DNA from: Rhodobacteraceae bacterium UBA3087
GTDB taxonomy: Bacteria; Pseudomonadota; Alphaproteobacteria; Rhodobacterales; Rhodobacteraceae
Length of the DNA: 35,301 nucleotides
Direction of reading: 5' to 3'
NCBI GenBank assembly: GCA_002367285.1
Contig: DFBF01000072.1
Location: 1 to 35,301, forward strand
The notes below the pieces were generated by a model. The model ran no database searches. It was given only the letters and a program-made list of their open reading frames with translations, and was not told the origin of the DNA. Positions 1 to 9,865 of this stretch are shown in pieces. Numbering within the stretch: position 1 is the stretch's first letter; each line of letters begins with the position of its first letter. The position numbers and the translations under genes were made by a program.

Positions 1-78
1 GCCAGGGTCAGCCCAAACGGGCAGACCGAGGCAGGCCGCCAAAACGGCGCTGCCAATCAGGGATTTCAGCAAGGGCAT
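1..78 (-). CDS. 5' end of a probable exported protein (partial, runs off the left edge)
   Basis: Manual translation MPLLKSLIGSAVLAACLGLPVWADPG...; GGAGG RBS (complement cctcc, 84-88) 5 nt upstream of the ATG at 78; Sec signal-peptide pattern with a likely VWA|D cleavage site. Confidence 0.6.
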   Translation of the reverse strand, partial: MPLLKSLIGSAVLAACLGLPVWADPG

Positions 79-118
79 TCGCACCTCCGGTTAGTTGCGG
101 CCAGTGCGCCGCCTTGGT

Positions 119-1624
119 TCAGGTTTCCAGCGCCGCGCTTACCTGTTGCAACGAGGCCAACGCATTGGCGCGGATGTTGGTGGTAACAAAACCATTATTG
201 TCCACGGCTTTGAAGAAATCCGTGTCCAGAACGCCGCGATAATCACCGATAATCTTGCGGGCCGCTGATTTCAGGTTTTCCTGTTGGTCGGCGTCCGATG
301 CGGATGCCAGTTGTTCCAGCGTATCTTCAAGGTTTGTGTCGATTCCGTTGAGATAATCAAGCAGCCCACCGGATTTTGCAGGAACCTGTTCCAGCCCTTC
401 AATTCCGGATGTCGCCTTGTCGATGGCTGCTTTTAAACCTTCCATATCCTTGCGCAATCCGCCCCGGGTTTCGACCCAGTTCAGGCGTGATTTGGTATAG
501 GCCGCTGCATTCCCGGGCGCGCCTTGTGCGACCTCGGGTGCGGCGGCGGCCTGCTTGATCAGGTCAGCCACCCGTGCGGCTGCCGCCATTGCCTTGTCGT
601 AAAGACCTGCCGCAGCCTGATCCTTGCCGAAATCGAAGAATTTGTTGATCGCGGCCAGATCGCCGCGCCCTTCTTGCACCAATTTGTCGACAGCCGCTTG
701 CAGCCGCGATTCTGCGGTCGCCCATTTGGCGGCTTCGGGGGAAGGCGTATCGTCGGTCGGGGCCGCAGCCACCTTGTTTACGGCGTCTTCGATGCGGGTC
801 AGCAGGGTATCAGCGGTCTCTAGTACGCCTGCCTTGATCTGTTTCACCGCATTGCCCAGCGCAGCGGTCAGCTTTTCCGCAGCCGGACCATTGATGTCGG
901 CAATCACACCCTTCAGTGCAGTGGCCCGCGCGGCCAGCGCCCGCACATCCGGCGCGGGGGCGGCTGTTGCCAGGTCTGCTGGGGCCTGGGGCCGAGCGGC
1001 TTGCCCCAGTTTCGCAGCAGCGCCTTCCAGTGCGGTTATAGTCTTGTCGGCGGCATCCATATCACTGGATTTGATCTGGGACACGGCCAGTTTGATGACT
1101 TTGGCCAGCTTGGCGCCTGCATCCGCAGGGGCAGCGGCAATAGCAGGCTGGACGGCCTTGATCCGCGCGGCAAGATCTGCGGCGCTATGGTTCGACTGGG
1201 TGGCTGCGGTGGGCAGATCGTCAGCCTCCGCATCAGCGGGATCATCGACATCCCAACTGGGGTCATCGGGCAGGTCTTCTTCGTCACTTTCCAGAACATT
1301 GCCTTGGGCATCCATGACCAGAACATTGACCATGACTTTCTGCGACTTCAGGTACTTCTTCAGAACCTTGGCCATGGCGGGCACAACCTTTTCGCAGGTC
1401 AGCTCCATGGTTTTGGCATTCATGACGAAGGTACCATAGGCAACCTTGGTCGCGCCGCTTTCGCTTTTGGCGGCCTTACCGATGATTTCAGGCCTTTTCC
1501 GCCGGTCAATCACAACCAAATGATCGTTCTGCTTACCCAGGCAAAAAGCAAACGATAGGCGTTTTTTCTTGCCCAATTTGACAAGCTTCTTCAGCGCTTC
1601 GCCTTCGACTTTCAGATCGGCCAT
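119..1624 (-). CDS. Hypothetical 501-aa modular protein: basic N-terminal domain, acidic linker, tandem helical repeats, C-terminal helical domain
   Basis: Long ORF. AGGAG lies 9 nt upstream of the ATG at 1624 (MADLKV), preferred over 1642. Divergent from tssA. No family recognised with confidence. Confidence 0.85.
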   Translation of the reverse strand: MADLKVEGEALKKLVKLGKKKRLSFAFCLGKQNDHLVVIDRRKRPEIIGKAAKSESGATKVAYGTFVMNAKTMELTCEKVVPAMAKVLKKYLKSQKVMVNVLVMDAQGNVLESDEEDLPDDPSWDVDDPADAEADDLPTAATQSNHSAADLAARIKAVQPAIAAAPADAGAKLAKVIKLAVSQIKSSDMDAADKTITALEGAAAKLGQAARPQAPADLATAAPAPDVRALAARATALKGVIADINGPAAEKLTAALGNAVKQIKAGVLETADTLLTRIEDAVNKVAAAPTDDTPSPEAAKWATAESRLQAAVDKLVQEGRGDLAAINKFFDFGKDQAAAGLYDKAMAAAARVADLIKQAAAAPEVAQGAPGNAAAYTKSRLNWVETRGGLRKDMEGLKAAIDKATSGIEGLEQVPAKSGGLLDYLNGIDTNLEDTLEQLASASDADQQENLKSAARKIIGDYRGVLDTDFFKAVDNNGFVTTNIRANALASLQQVSAALET

Positions 1625-1799
1625 GGCAATGAACTCCTGCATCTGGTTCGAAAATCAATTGACTTTGAGAAGACGATAAGGCTGACTTGCGGTCAAGGTA
1701 TTGTTTTATAACGGCGTGCGAAACGGCGACTAGCTTGCGTTCAAGGACGCGGGCAAACTCGCATAGAATAACCACATAGCCCAATATTGGAGGGAGCAG

Positions 1800-2846
1800 A
1801 TGGATTCGGCTGTGCTTTTGCAGTCCAAAGGAGATGACTCGCCCAGTGGCGAGAATCTTGAGTATGATCCCCTGTTTACCGAGATGGAGCTGGCAGGCCA
1901 GCCTGGTGAAGAAACCCAAATCGGTGACAAAATTACAGAAGCCGAAGATCCCGACTATCGCGATCTGGCGAAAACATCGCTGGCTGTTCTGGAAAAAAGC
2001 CACGATTTGCGCGCGGCGATCTTTCTGGCGGATGCGGTTTTACACACCGAGGGCCTGACCGGTTTTGCCGAGGCAACGACCTATATCCGGGGCTGTCTGG
2101 AACAGTTTTGGGACACCTGCCACCCAGAGCTGGACGAAGATGACGACAATGATCCCACCATGCGGATCAACGCAATTCAGGGTCTAAGTGGTCAGCCCGA
2201 CGGTCTGGGTGGCCCATCGCCGGTGTACCGTTCTGTCAGCCGCGCGCCATTGACCGACAGCCGCAGTTTTGGCCGTCTGTCGCTGCGCGAGATAGAGATC
2301 GCCGAAGGTATGATGACGGCCCCAGCGGGCATGGAAAATATCCCCGACACCGCAACTGTATCCGCTGCGTTTCAGGATACTGATGAGGCCCAGTTGGTGG
2401 AATTGCTGGAAGCGGCAAAAACCTCTGAAGAAAACATCAGGGCCATCAGCGCGGTGTTTGACGAACAAACTCCGGGGCAGGGCCCAGAGCTGGACGGGCT
2501 GATTAAATTGCTGATGCAGGTCAAGCGGCGCCTGGCCGACTATGCCGGGGCCGAAGTAGAAGCAGACGATGACGATGCAACCGAAGAGACAGCAGCGTCT
2601 GACGGCGCGCCTGTGGTTGGCGGGGGCAGGGCTGTTGGCGGTATCAATTCGCCAAGTGATGTTTCAAACGCGCTGGACCGGATCGTCGAATATTACAGGC
2701 GCAACGAACCCTCTAGTCCGATTCCGATCATCATCGAAAGGGCCAAGCGTCTGGTCAACGCGGATTTCCTGACAATCATGCAGGACATGGCGCCTCAGGG
2801 GGTTGATAATGTTCATCTTATCGGGGGCATCGACGACGATGACTGA
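1800..2846 (+). CDS. tssA: T6SS TssA (ImpA family, short form)
   Basis: ImpA-N motifs (PSGENLEYDP, SHDLR, FWDTCHPELD, MRINA) and C-terminal EPSSP motif; GGAGGGAG RBS. Confidence 0.95.
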   Translation: MDSAVLLQSKGDDSPSGENLEYDPLFTEMELAGQPGEETQIGDKITEAEDPDYRDLAKTSLAVLEKSHDLRAAIFLADAVLHTEGLTGFAEATTYIRGCLEQFWDTCHPELDEDDDNDPTMRINAIQGLSGQPDGLGGPSPVYRSVSRAPLTDSRSFGRLSLREIEIAEGMMTAPAGMENIPDTATVSAAFQDTDEAQLVELLEAAKTSEENIRAISAVFDEQTPGQGPELDGLIKLLMQVKRRLADYAGAEVEADDDDATEETAASDGAPVVGGGRAVGGINSPSDVSNALDRIVEYYRRNEPSSPIPIIIERAKRLVNADFLTIMQDMAPQGVDNVHLIGGIDDDD

Positions 2847-2945
2847 ACCCGCAACGCAAACCGGGAACCGGTCCGGATAGCATTGAAGATCTATGAATAC
2901 GTTGCAGTCACAACAAACAACAAGATTAGGATTAAGGAGCACTAG

Positions 2946-3455
2946 ATGGCGGATAGTTCACAGAAGTTCATAGCGCGCAATCGCGCACCCAGGGTTCAGA
3001 TCGAATATGATGTGGAACTGTACGGGGCTGAAAAGAAGGTTCAGTTACCGTTTGTAATGGGCGTGATGAGCGATCTGGCCGGCAAGTCCGAGGTTGAACA
3101 GCCCGCCGTCGCTGACCGCAAATTCCTTGAGATCGACGTCGACAATTTCGATGATCGGATGAAATCCATGGCGCCACGCGCAGCCTTTACCGTGCCCAAC
3201 ACGCTGACGGGCGAAGGCAATCTGGCGGTTGATATCACCTTTGAAAGCATGGACGATTTTTCGCCCGCTGCAATCGCCGCCAAGGTTGAGCCGCTGAAGG
3301 AACTGTTGGATGCCCGCACCCAGTTGAGCAACCTGATGACCTATATGGACGGCAAAACCGGGGCCGAGGATTTGATCAGTAAGATCATCCAGGACCCAAG
3401 CCTGCTGAAAACGCTGGCTGCCCAGCCCGCGCCCCAAGCTGACAGCGAAGAATAG
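2946..3455 (+). CDS. tssB: T6SS contractile sheath small subunit TssB
   Basis: RAPRVQIEYDVE...LPFVMGVMSDL...FLEIDVDNFD...DDFSP signature; AAGGAG RBS. Confidence 0.98.
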   Translation: MADSSQKFIARNRAPRVQIEYDVELYGAEKKVQLPFVMGVMSDLAGKSEVEQPAVADRKFLEIDVDNFDDRMKSMAPRAAFTVPNTLTGEGNLAVDITFESMDDFSPAAIAAKVEPLKELLDARTQLSNLMTYMDGKTGAEDLISKIIQDPSLLKTLAAQPAPQADSEE

Positions 3456-3464
3456 GAGAGCCCA

Positions 3465-4961
3465 ATGGCCGAAGAACAAGTCCAGGCAGAAGCTGGCGGT
3501 GAAGCCACAGCATTTGGTTCGTCCGAATTTGCGAACCTGTTGCAAAAGGAATTCCGCCCGAAATCCGATCAGGCCAAAACGGCCGTTGAATCGGCCGTCA
3601 AGACACTGGCCGAACAGGCGCTGGCCAACACGGCGCTTATTTCGGACGATGCGCTGCGGTCCATCGAAGGCATAGTCGCCGAGATCGACAAGAAACTGAC
3701 CGAACAGGTCAACCACATCCTGCACCACGCGGAATTCCAGCAGATGGAAAGCGCGTGGCGTGGTCTGCACTATCTGGTGAACAACACCGAGACCGATGAA
3801 CAGCTGAAAATCCGGGTGATGAACATATCCAAGAAGGATATGCACAAGACCCTGCGCAAGTTCAAAGGCACCGCCTGGGACCAGTCGCCGATCTTCAAAA
3901 AGATCTACACCGAAGAATTCAGCCAGTTGGGTGGTGAACCCTATGGCTCGTTGGTTGCGGATTATCACTTTGACCACTCGCCGCCCGATATCGAACTGCT
4001 GGGCGAGATGTCCAAGATTGCCGCTGCAGCCCATGCGCCGCTGATCACCGGGGCGCAGCCGTCGCTGTTCCAGATGGACAGCTGGTCGGAATTGTCCAAC
4101 CCGCGCGATCTGACCAAAATCTTCCAGACACCGGAATACGCTGCCTGGCGGTCCCTGCGCGAAAGCGAGGATTCCAAATATGTCGGGCTGGCCATGCCGC
4201 GGTTCCTGGGGCGCCTGCCTTATGGCTCCAAGACCGATCCGGTCGAGGCGTTTGCCTTTGAAGAAGACACCGATGGGACGGACGCCACTAAATACGGCTG
4301 GGTAAACGCCGCCTATGGCATGGCGATGAACATCACCCGGTCGTTCAAGACCTATGGCTGGTGTTCGCGGATTCGTGGCGTGGAAAGCGGCGGTTCACTG
4401 GAAAGCCTGCCCTCGCATACCTTCCCGACCACCGATGGCGGCGTCGATCAGAAATGTCCGACAGAGATCGCCATTGATGACCGGCGCGAGGCGGAGCTGG
4501 CCAAGAATGGCATGATGCCCCTGATCCACCGCAAGAACACCGATGTCGCGACCTTTATCGGCGCGCAATCGTTGCACAAGCCTGCGGAATATGACGATCC
4601 GGACGCATCGGCCAACGCCAACCTTGGCGCACGCCTGCCCTATCTGTTCGCCACCTGCCGTTTTGCACATTACCTGAAATGTATGGTGCGCGACAAGGTC
4701 GGGTCCTTCAAAAGCCGCCAGGACATGGAAGGCTGGTTGCAGGACTGGATCAACCAATACGTCGATTTCAACGCTGAAATCTCGTCAGAGAATGAAAAAG
4801 CGCGCAAGCCTTTGGCAGCAGCCGAAGTCGTCGTTGAAGAAGTCGAAGGAAACCCCGGATACTACTCGTCCAAATTCTTCCTGCGACCACACTATCAGCT
4901 CGAAGGGCTGTCAGTGTCTCTGCGTCTGGTATCGAAACTGCCGTCGGAAAAAGGCGGCTAA
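3465..4961 (+). CDS. tssC: T6SS contractile sheath large subunit TssC
   Basis: ILHHAEFQQMESAWRGL, PRFLGRLPYG, CPTEIAI, RFAHYLK and RPHYQLEG motifs. Confidence 0.98.
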   Translation: MAEEQVQAEAGGEATAFGSSEFANLLQKEFRPKSDQAKTAVESAVKTLAEQALANTALISDDALRSIEGIVAEIDKKLTEQVNHILHHAEFQQMESAWRGLHYLVNNTETDEQLKIRVMNISKKDMHKTLRKFKGTAWDQSPIFKKIYTEEFSQLGGEPYGSLVADYHFDHSPPDIELLGEMSKIAAAAHAPLITGAQPSLFQMDSWSELSNPRDLTKIFQTPEYAAWRSLRESEDSKYVGLAMPRFLGRLPYGSKTDPVEAFAFEEDTDGTDATKYGWVNAAYGMAMNITRSFKTYGWCSRIRGVESGGSLESLPSHTFPTTDGGVDQKCPTEIAIDDRREAELAKNGMMPLIHRKNTDVATFIGAQSLHKPAEYDDPDASANANLGARLPYLFATCRFAHYLKCMVRDKVGSFKSRQDMEGWLQDWINQYVDFNAEISSENEKARKPLAAAEVVVEEVEGNPGYYSSKFFLRPHYQLEGLSVSLRLVSKLPSEKGG

Positions 4962-5032
4962 CCGGACAACACCCGCTAGGGATTACGACCTACATTACCA
5001 CCCACCAAACTTTATCATGAGAGGAAAATATT

Positions 5033-5533
5033 ATGGCCGCTAATTTGTTTGTACAGATCTCCGACATCAAGGGTGATGGAACTGAAGATAAGCACAAAGA
5101 GTGGATTGTTGTGCAATCCGCCAGCTGGAACGTCGAACGCGCCGTTGAAATGACTGATCTGGGATCAACCCAGCGGGGTCACGCCAATTCGAACTTTGGC
5201 AAGGTTGAACTGACGTCGCAAATGGGTCTGGCATCGAACGATCTGATGGTTTCGGTTGCCAACGGTACCGTTCGCCCGGAAATCATCATGCACTGGTGCC
5301 GGTCCGGCGACAGCGCCTCTGAAGGTCTGCTGAACTATTCGACATGGACATTCAAGCATGTGATTATCGACAGCTATGCCATTTCGGCAAGCGAAGATGG
5401 CATTCCTGAGGAAACATGGTCCCTAGCCTATACGGCGATGGAGCATGAGTACAAGGCGACCGACCAGAAAACTGGCAAGCTGGCCACCAAGAATACCTTC
5501 AAGTGGAACGTACAGTCCGGCAAGGTTGAATAA
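5033..5533 (+). CDS. hcp: T6SS inner tube protein Hcp (TssD)
   Basis: IKGDGTEDKHKEWI and C-terminal FKWNV motifs, 166 aa, directly after tssC. Confidence 0.9.
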   Translation: MAANLFVQISDIKGDGTEDKHKEWIVVQSASWNVERAVEMTDLGSTQRGHANSNFGKVELTSQMGLASNDLMVSVANGTVRPEIIMHWCRSGDSASEGLLNYSTWTFKHVIIDSYAISASEDGIPEETWSLAYTAMEHEYKATDQKTGKLATKNTFKWNVQSGKVE

Positions 5534-5548
5534 GCCTGCCTTCTTCTT

Positions 5549-5586
5549 CTCCGGGCGTCGTTGCACGCCCGGAGTCCGTTTTTCCC
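5549..5586 (+). terminator. Stem-loop after hcp (attenuating terminator or mRNA-stabilising hairpin)
   Basis: Perfect 10-bp stem CTCCGGGCGT/ACGCCCGGAG with a 6-nt loop (5549-5574), followed by tccgtttttccc. Confidence 0.55.
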
Positions 5587-5613
5587 TGATCTCAAGTGAT
5601 CGGAGCCATCAGC

Positions 5614-6453
5614 ATGACACCCGAAGAGTACCTTAAAGCGGGGGAAATTGATCTTGCCCTAAAGGCATTGCAGGACAAAGTGCGCGCCGACCCGACCGAT
5701 GCTCGTCTGCGGGTTTTCCTGTTTCAGCTTTTGTGTGTCCTTGGGGACTGGAAGCGTGCGATTGCCCAGCTAAAGCTAAGCGCCGAGCTGGACGAATCCG
5801 CCACCATGATGGCCAAGACCTATCGCGAGGCAATCATTTGCGAAGTTTACCGCGAAAAGGTGTTTGCCGGCGAAAAGGAACCGCTGATTTTCGGCGAGCC
5901 ACAGGAATGGCTGGCCCTGCTGATAGAGGCGCAAAAGGTTCTGGCCAAAGGCCAGTCTGACAAGGCCGCGGAATTGCGCACCCGCGCCTTTGACGCCGCC
6001 CCCGCCTGTTCGGGCGAAGTGAATGGCCAGCGGTTTGAATGGATTGCAGATGCCGATATGCGTCTGGGTCCGGTTCTGGAAGTGATCGTGAACGGGCGCT
6101 ATTTCTGGCTGCCGTTCAGCGCGATTGACACCCTGACGATGGATCCGCCGCTGGATCTACGCGATGCGGTCTGGACGGCGGCGACCCTGAAACTGGTCAA
6201 TGGCGGTGAAATTGTCGCCCTTATCCCAACCCGTTACGCCGGAACTGTGGTCAGCGGCGATGCTGCGGCTCTTTTGGCGCGCGCGACCACATGGACAGAT
6301 GCCGGGGACGAGACATTTATCGGCACAGGTCAGCGCCTGCTGGCCACGGATCAGGCCGATATCGCACTGATGGACATTCGCAGTTTGAAAATGGACGACG
6401 CGGGCGAGGCCGGGTCAACAGACGCGGCCCGGGACGCGGCCGACGATGGCTGA
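5614..6453 (+). CDS. tagJ: T6SS accessory protein TagJ (ImpE/SciE/HsiE family)
   Basis: N-terminal TPR-like LFQLLCVLGDW; WIADADMRLGPVLE, LRDAVW and IPTRY motifs. Start placed at ATG 5614 after GGAG. Confidence 0.93.
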   Translation: MTPEEYLKAGEIDLALKALQDKVRADPTDARLRVFLFQLLCVLGDWKRAIAQLKLSAELDESATMMAKTYREAIICEVYREKVFAGEKEPLIFGEPQEWLALLIEAQKVLAKGQSDKAAELRTRAFDAAPACSGEVNGQRFEWIADADMRLGPVLEVIVNGRYFWLPFSAIDTLTMDPPLDLRDAVWTAATLKLVNGGEIVALIPTRYAGTVVSGDAAALLARATTWTDAGDETFIGTGQRLLATDQADIALMDIRSLKMDDAGEAGSTDAARDAADDG

Positions 6454-6943
6454 CAAAACCCTTTCCGAGCGATTGCAGCCGTCCCTTCTGGACCGGCTGA
6501 CCGATAACGAGCCCGGCTCCCAAAAGGAATCCCGCGACACGCGGGTGATCGACATCGTGCGCTTGCGCGAGATCATTCAGCGCGATCTGTCTTGGCTGCT
6601 GAACACCAGTAATATCGAAAACACCTTTGACACCGAGGCCCTGCCGCATGTGGCGCGATCCGTGTTGAACTATGGCCTTAGCGAAGTGTCGGGCGCTTAT
6701 TCCACGACCGAACGCGCCGAACGGATTCGCCGGTCGATTGAACGGGCGATATCCATCCACGAACCCCGCATCATCGAAGGGTCAGTGGATGTTTCCCTGA
6801 CGTCCGAGGATGACAACAGCGACATGACGGTGTCGCTGAATATCCGCGCCGATATGTGGGCCCAGCCGCTGCCGCTGGAATTGTATTTGCGCAGCCAGGT
6901 CGATGTCACCACTGGCGAAGTTTCCGTGGAAAGGAGCCTGTAG
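6446..6943 (+). CDS. tssE: T6SS baseplate TssE (gp25-like)
   Basis: PSLLDRL, RDLSWLLNT, SVLNYGL and HEPR motifs. Confidence 0.95.
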   Translation: MADKTLSERLQPSLLDRLTDNEPGSQKESRDTRVIDIVRLREIIQRDLSWLLNTSNIENTFDTEALPHVARSVLNYGLSEVSGAYSTTERAERIRRSIERAISIHEPRIIEGSVDVSLTSEDDNSDMTVSLNIRADMWAQPLPLELYLRSQVDVTTGEVSVERSL

Positions 6944-6946
6944 CTC

Positions 6947-8824
6947 ATGGATACCCGGCTCATGAAACACTACGAAAGCGAGCTGATGTATCTGCGGGAT
7001 ATGGGGGCCGAATTTGCGGCGGCCTATCCCAAGATCGCCGCGCGGCTGGGCATGGAAGGGGTCGAGGTTCTCGATCCTTATGTTGAACGCCTGTTAGAAG
7101 GCGTGGCGTTCCTGTCCGCCCGCGTTCAGCTGGAGCTGGAGCTGCAATACCCGGCCTTTACCAGCAACCTGCTGGAAATCGTCTATCCGCATTATCTGGC
7201 GCCAACCCCGTCGATGATGATCGCCGCGTTTGAACCGGACACGACCAATGCCGCCATCAAAGACGGCTATGTTTTGCCGCGCCACAGCGTGTTGCGCAGC
7301 CGTCTGATGGAAGGCGAGCAGACCCCGTGCGAATTCCGCACCGCTGCGAAAACGACGATCTGGCCAGTGGAAATCGCCGAGGCGGAATATATCGATGGCC
7401 GGGGCGAACTAGTGGCTGCTGGCGTCGCCGGATCAATCGAGGCCCGTGCCGGTATCCGCCTGCGCTTGCGCCGCAGCGACGGTGAGGCGATTGCCGATCT
7501 GGCAATGGACAATCTGATGCTGCATCTGAACGGCAGCGCGGGCAATAACTGGTTGTTGCTGGAACTTCTGTGTACGCAGACACGAGGGCTCGTCGGGCGC
7601 TCGACCGACCGGCGCGCCGACTGGACGCAACAGCTGCCCGATGGCGCGGTCGAGCAGCGCGGGTTTGAACAAGACGAGGCCCTGCTGCCCACTCCAAAGC
7701 AGTCTTTTGACGGCTACCGGCTGTTGCAGGAATATTTTGCGATGCCTGAACGGTTCCTGTTTGTGGAATTGCAGGGCCTGCAACCGGCGCTGAAAAAAGC
7801 CACCGGGTCGGATGTTGATATCTATATCCTGCTGAAGGAGGGCCGCCGCGAAGTGGCGCCGATGATCGCCCCTGATGCCTTTACCATGAACGCGGTGCCC
7901 GCCGTTAACCTGTTCCCAAAACGCTGCGACCGGGTGCAGGTATCGGCGCGCGACACCGAACAGCATGTGGTTGCCAACCGCACTGCGGGTATGGATTTTG
8001 AAATTTACGCGTTGCAAAGCGTGGTTGGCATCAGTGGCGAAGGCGCCGATGACATAACATTCCGCCCCTTTTATTCCGCCACAGATTTCACTGCCTCCGG
8101 CGAAACCCACCCGGCCTATTACACGATGCGCCGCCGGATGCGGCAACGGTCGGAAAAAGAGCGGTTGCGCGGGGTGCGTACATCTTATCTGGGGTCAGAG
8201 GTGTACCTGACTTTGGTGGACCGGGCGCAGGCGCCTTATGCTGCCGGAATGGAACAGCTGGCGGTGCGGGCGTTATGTACCAACCGGGATCTGCCGATGC
8301 TGCTGGCCTCTGGCGACGCCAATGTTTTTCAACTTCCCGAAGGCGGACCGATCAAGGCGGTTCGCTTACCGGTGTCGCCCACCCGGCCGCATCCAACTTT
8401 GGCGCAGGGCGATACCGCCTGGCGGCTGATCAGCCATCTTAGCCTGAATTACCTGTCGATTGCCAAATCCGGTCAGGCTGACGGGGCTGAAGCGCTGCGC
8501 GAACTGATTGGGCTTTATGCGCCATTGGGCGACCGGGTCACCGAAAAGCAGCTAGAGGGCATTGTGGCCGTCACCAGCCGTCCGATTGTCCGCCGGATGA
8601 GCGACGAAGTCCTATCAACCGCGCTGCGTGGTCTGGAAATCAAGATCAGCTTTGACGAAAGTTTTTTTGAGGGCACCAGCGTCTATGTTCTGGGCGCCGT
8701 GCTAGAGCGTTTTTTCCGACGCTATGCCACAATCAACAGTTTTACAGAAACCGTATTAACAACGCAAAAACGTGGGGAAATTGCCAGATGGCGACCGGAA
8801 AAAGGTCTGGGCCGGATGATCTGA
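6947..8824 (+). CDS. tssF: T6SS baseplate TssF
   Basis: YESELMYLR, DPYVERLLEGVAFL, GYRLLQEYFAMPERF, WRLISHLSLNYLS and INSF motifs. Confidence 0.97.
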   Translation: MDTRLMKHYESELMYLRDMGAEFAAAYPKIAARLGMEGVEVLDPYVERLLEGVAFLSARVQLELELQYPAFTSNLLEIVYPHYLAPTPSMMIAAFEPDTTNAAIKDGYVLPRHSVLRSRLMEGEQTPCEFRTAAKTTIWPVEIAEAEYIDGRGELVAAGVAGSIEARAGIRLRLRRSDGEAIADLAMDNLMLHLNGSAGNNWLLLELLCTQTRGLVGRSTDRRADWTQQLPDGAVEQRGFEQDEALLPTPKQSFDGYRLLQEYFAMPERFLFVELQGLQPALKKATGSDVDIYILLKEGRREVAPMIAPDAFTMNAVPAVNLFPKRCDRVQVSARDTEQHVVANRTAGMDFEIYALQSVVGISGEGADDITFRPFYSATDFTASGETHPAYYTMRRRMRQRSEKERLRGVRTSYLGSEVYLTLVDRAQAPYAAGMEQLAVRALCTNRDLPMLLASGDANVFQLPEGGPIKAVRLPVSPTRPHPTLAQGDTAWRLISHLSLNYLSIAKSGQADGAEALRELIGLYAPLGDRVTEKQLEGIVAVTSRPIVRRMSDEVLSTALRGLEIKISFDESFFEGTSVYVLGAVLERFFRRYATINSFTETVLTTQKRGEIARWRPEKGLGRMI

Positions 8825-9831
8825 GCCATTTTGAGCGACTTGTTCAAGAGCCTGAAAAGCACCATGTTTTTCAAGCGTTGCGGGTGCTCGAAGCGGCTTT
8901 TGCCGATGCTCCGCGTTTGGGGGAAAGCCGTCGGCCACGGCAGGATCATGTCCGTCTGGGCCAAGAGGCCGAGCTGGCCTTTCCGCCGTCATCAATTGCC
9001 GAATTTCGCCCTGGCACCAGCGGCCAACCCGCCCGGCTGACCAACCGCTTTTTCGGCCTGTTTGGACCGCAGGGGCCGTTGCCGCTGCATATGACTGAAT
9101 ATGCCCGCGACCGGTTGCGCAACCACCGCGACCCAACGCTTGTGGCCTTTGCCAACATGCTGACCCATCGAATGATGAGTCTGCTTTACCGCGCCTGGAC
9201 GGCTGGTCAGCCCGCCCCCAGCTTTGATCGCAACGACGATCCGATGTCGCGCAAGGTGGCCGCCCTTGCCGGCTATCACGCCGATAACCTGATGGGCCGC
9301 GATGCGATGCCGGATCTGGCCAAGCTGCATTTCGCCGGGCATCTGGCGCAGGGGCCGAAAAACGCTGAAGGGCTGGTTTCCATCCTGTCGGCCTTTTTTG
9401 ATGTGCCGGTGCGGGTGCAGCAATTTGTCGGTAGCTGGCTGGATCTGGAACCGGATGACCAGTGGAAACTGGGTGCGGCCGCGGGGTTGGGCCGATCCAC
9501 CAGCATCGGCCAAAAAGTCTGGAGCCGTGCAGCCAAGTTTCGCATCCAGATCGGGCCACTGTCGCTGGACGATTACGAACGGTTGTTGCCAGGTGGCCAG
9601 GCGCTTGACCGGTTGCGGGCGATCGTGCGCAATTATGCGGGGGACGCGCTGGATTGGGACGTCAACCTGGTGCTGGCCGGTGACGAGGTGCCGCGCGCCA
9701 GTCTGGGTGGCAGCACCCGTTTGGGTCACACCAGCTGGATCGCCAGCCGCAAGGACTTGGATGAAACCCCCGCCGATGTCGAGGATCTGTTCCTCTATCC
9801 CGGCGCGGGGGCACAACACGCGCCGCATTGA
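8788..9831 (+). CDS. tssG: T6SS baseplate TssG
   Basis: FFGLFGPQGPLPLHMTE, HRMMSLLYRAW and RLGHTSW motifs; overlaps the end of tssF. Confidence 0.96.
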   Translation: MATGKRSGPDDLSHFERLVQEPEKHHVFQALRVLEAAFADAPRLGESRRPRQDHVRLGQEAELAFPPSSIAEFRPGTSGQPARLTNRFFGLFGPQGPLPLHMTEYARDRLRNHRDPTLVAFANMLTHRMMSLLYRAWTAGQPAPSFDRNDDPMSRKVAALAGYHADNLMGRDAMPDLAKLHFAGHLAQGPKNAEGLVSILSAFFDVPVRVQQFVGSWLDLEPDDQWKLGAAAGLGRSTSIGQKVWSRAAKFRIQIGPLSLDDYERLLPGGQALDRLRAIVRNYAGDALDWDVNLVLAGDEVPRASLGGSTRLGHTSWIASRKDLDETPADVEDLFLYPGAGAQHAPH

Positions 9832-9865
9832 CGGCTTGAACAAAAAGAACAGGGAAGGATCAGGG

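Noticed and set aside
1625-1799. Divergent promoter elements (TTGACT; TGAC-N5-GTCA palindrome near 1683-1695)
   Set aside because: Promoters probably lie here, but I cannot support a correctly spaced -35/-10 pair or a known regulator box.
9302-9865. 188-aa N-terminal extension of ClpV in the ORF track
   Set aside because: It overlaps tssG in another frame with non-protein-like composition; the canonical ClpV start and an RBS-like sequence are at 9866.
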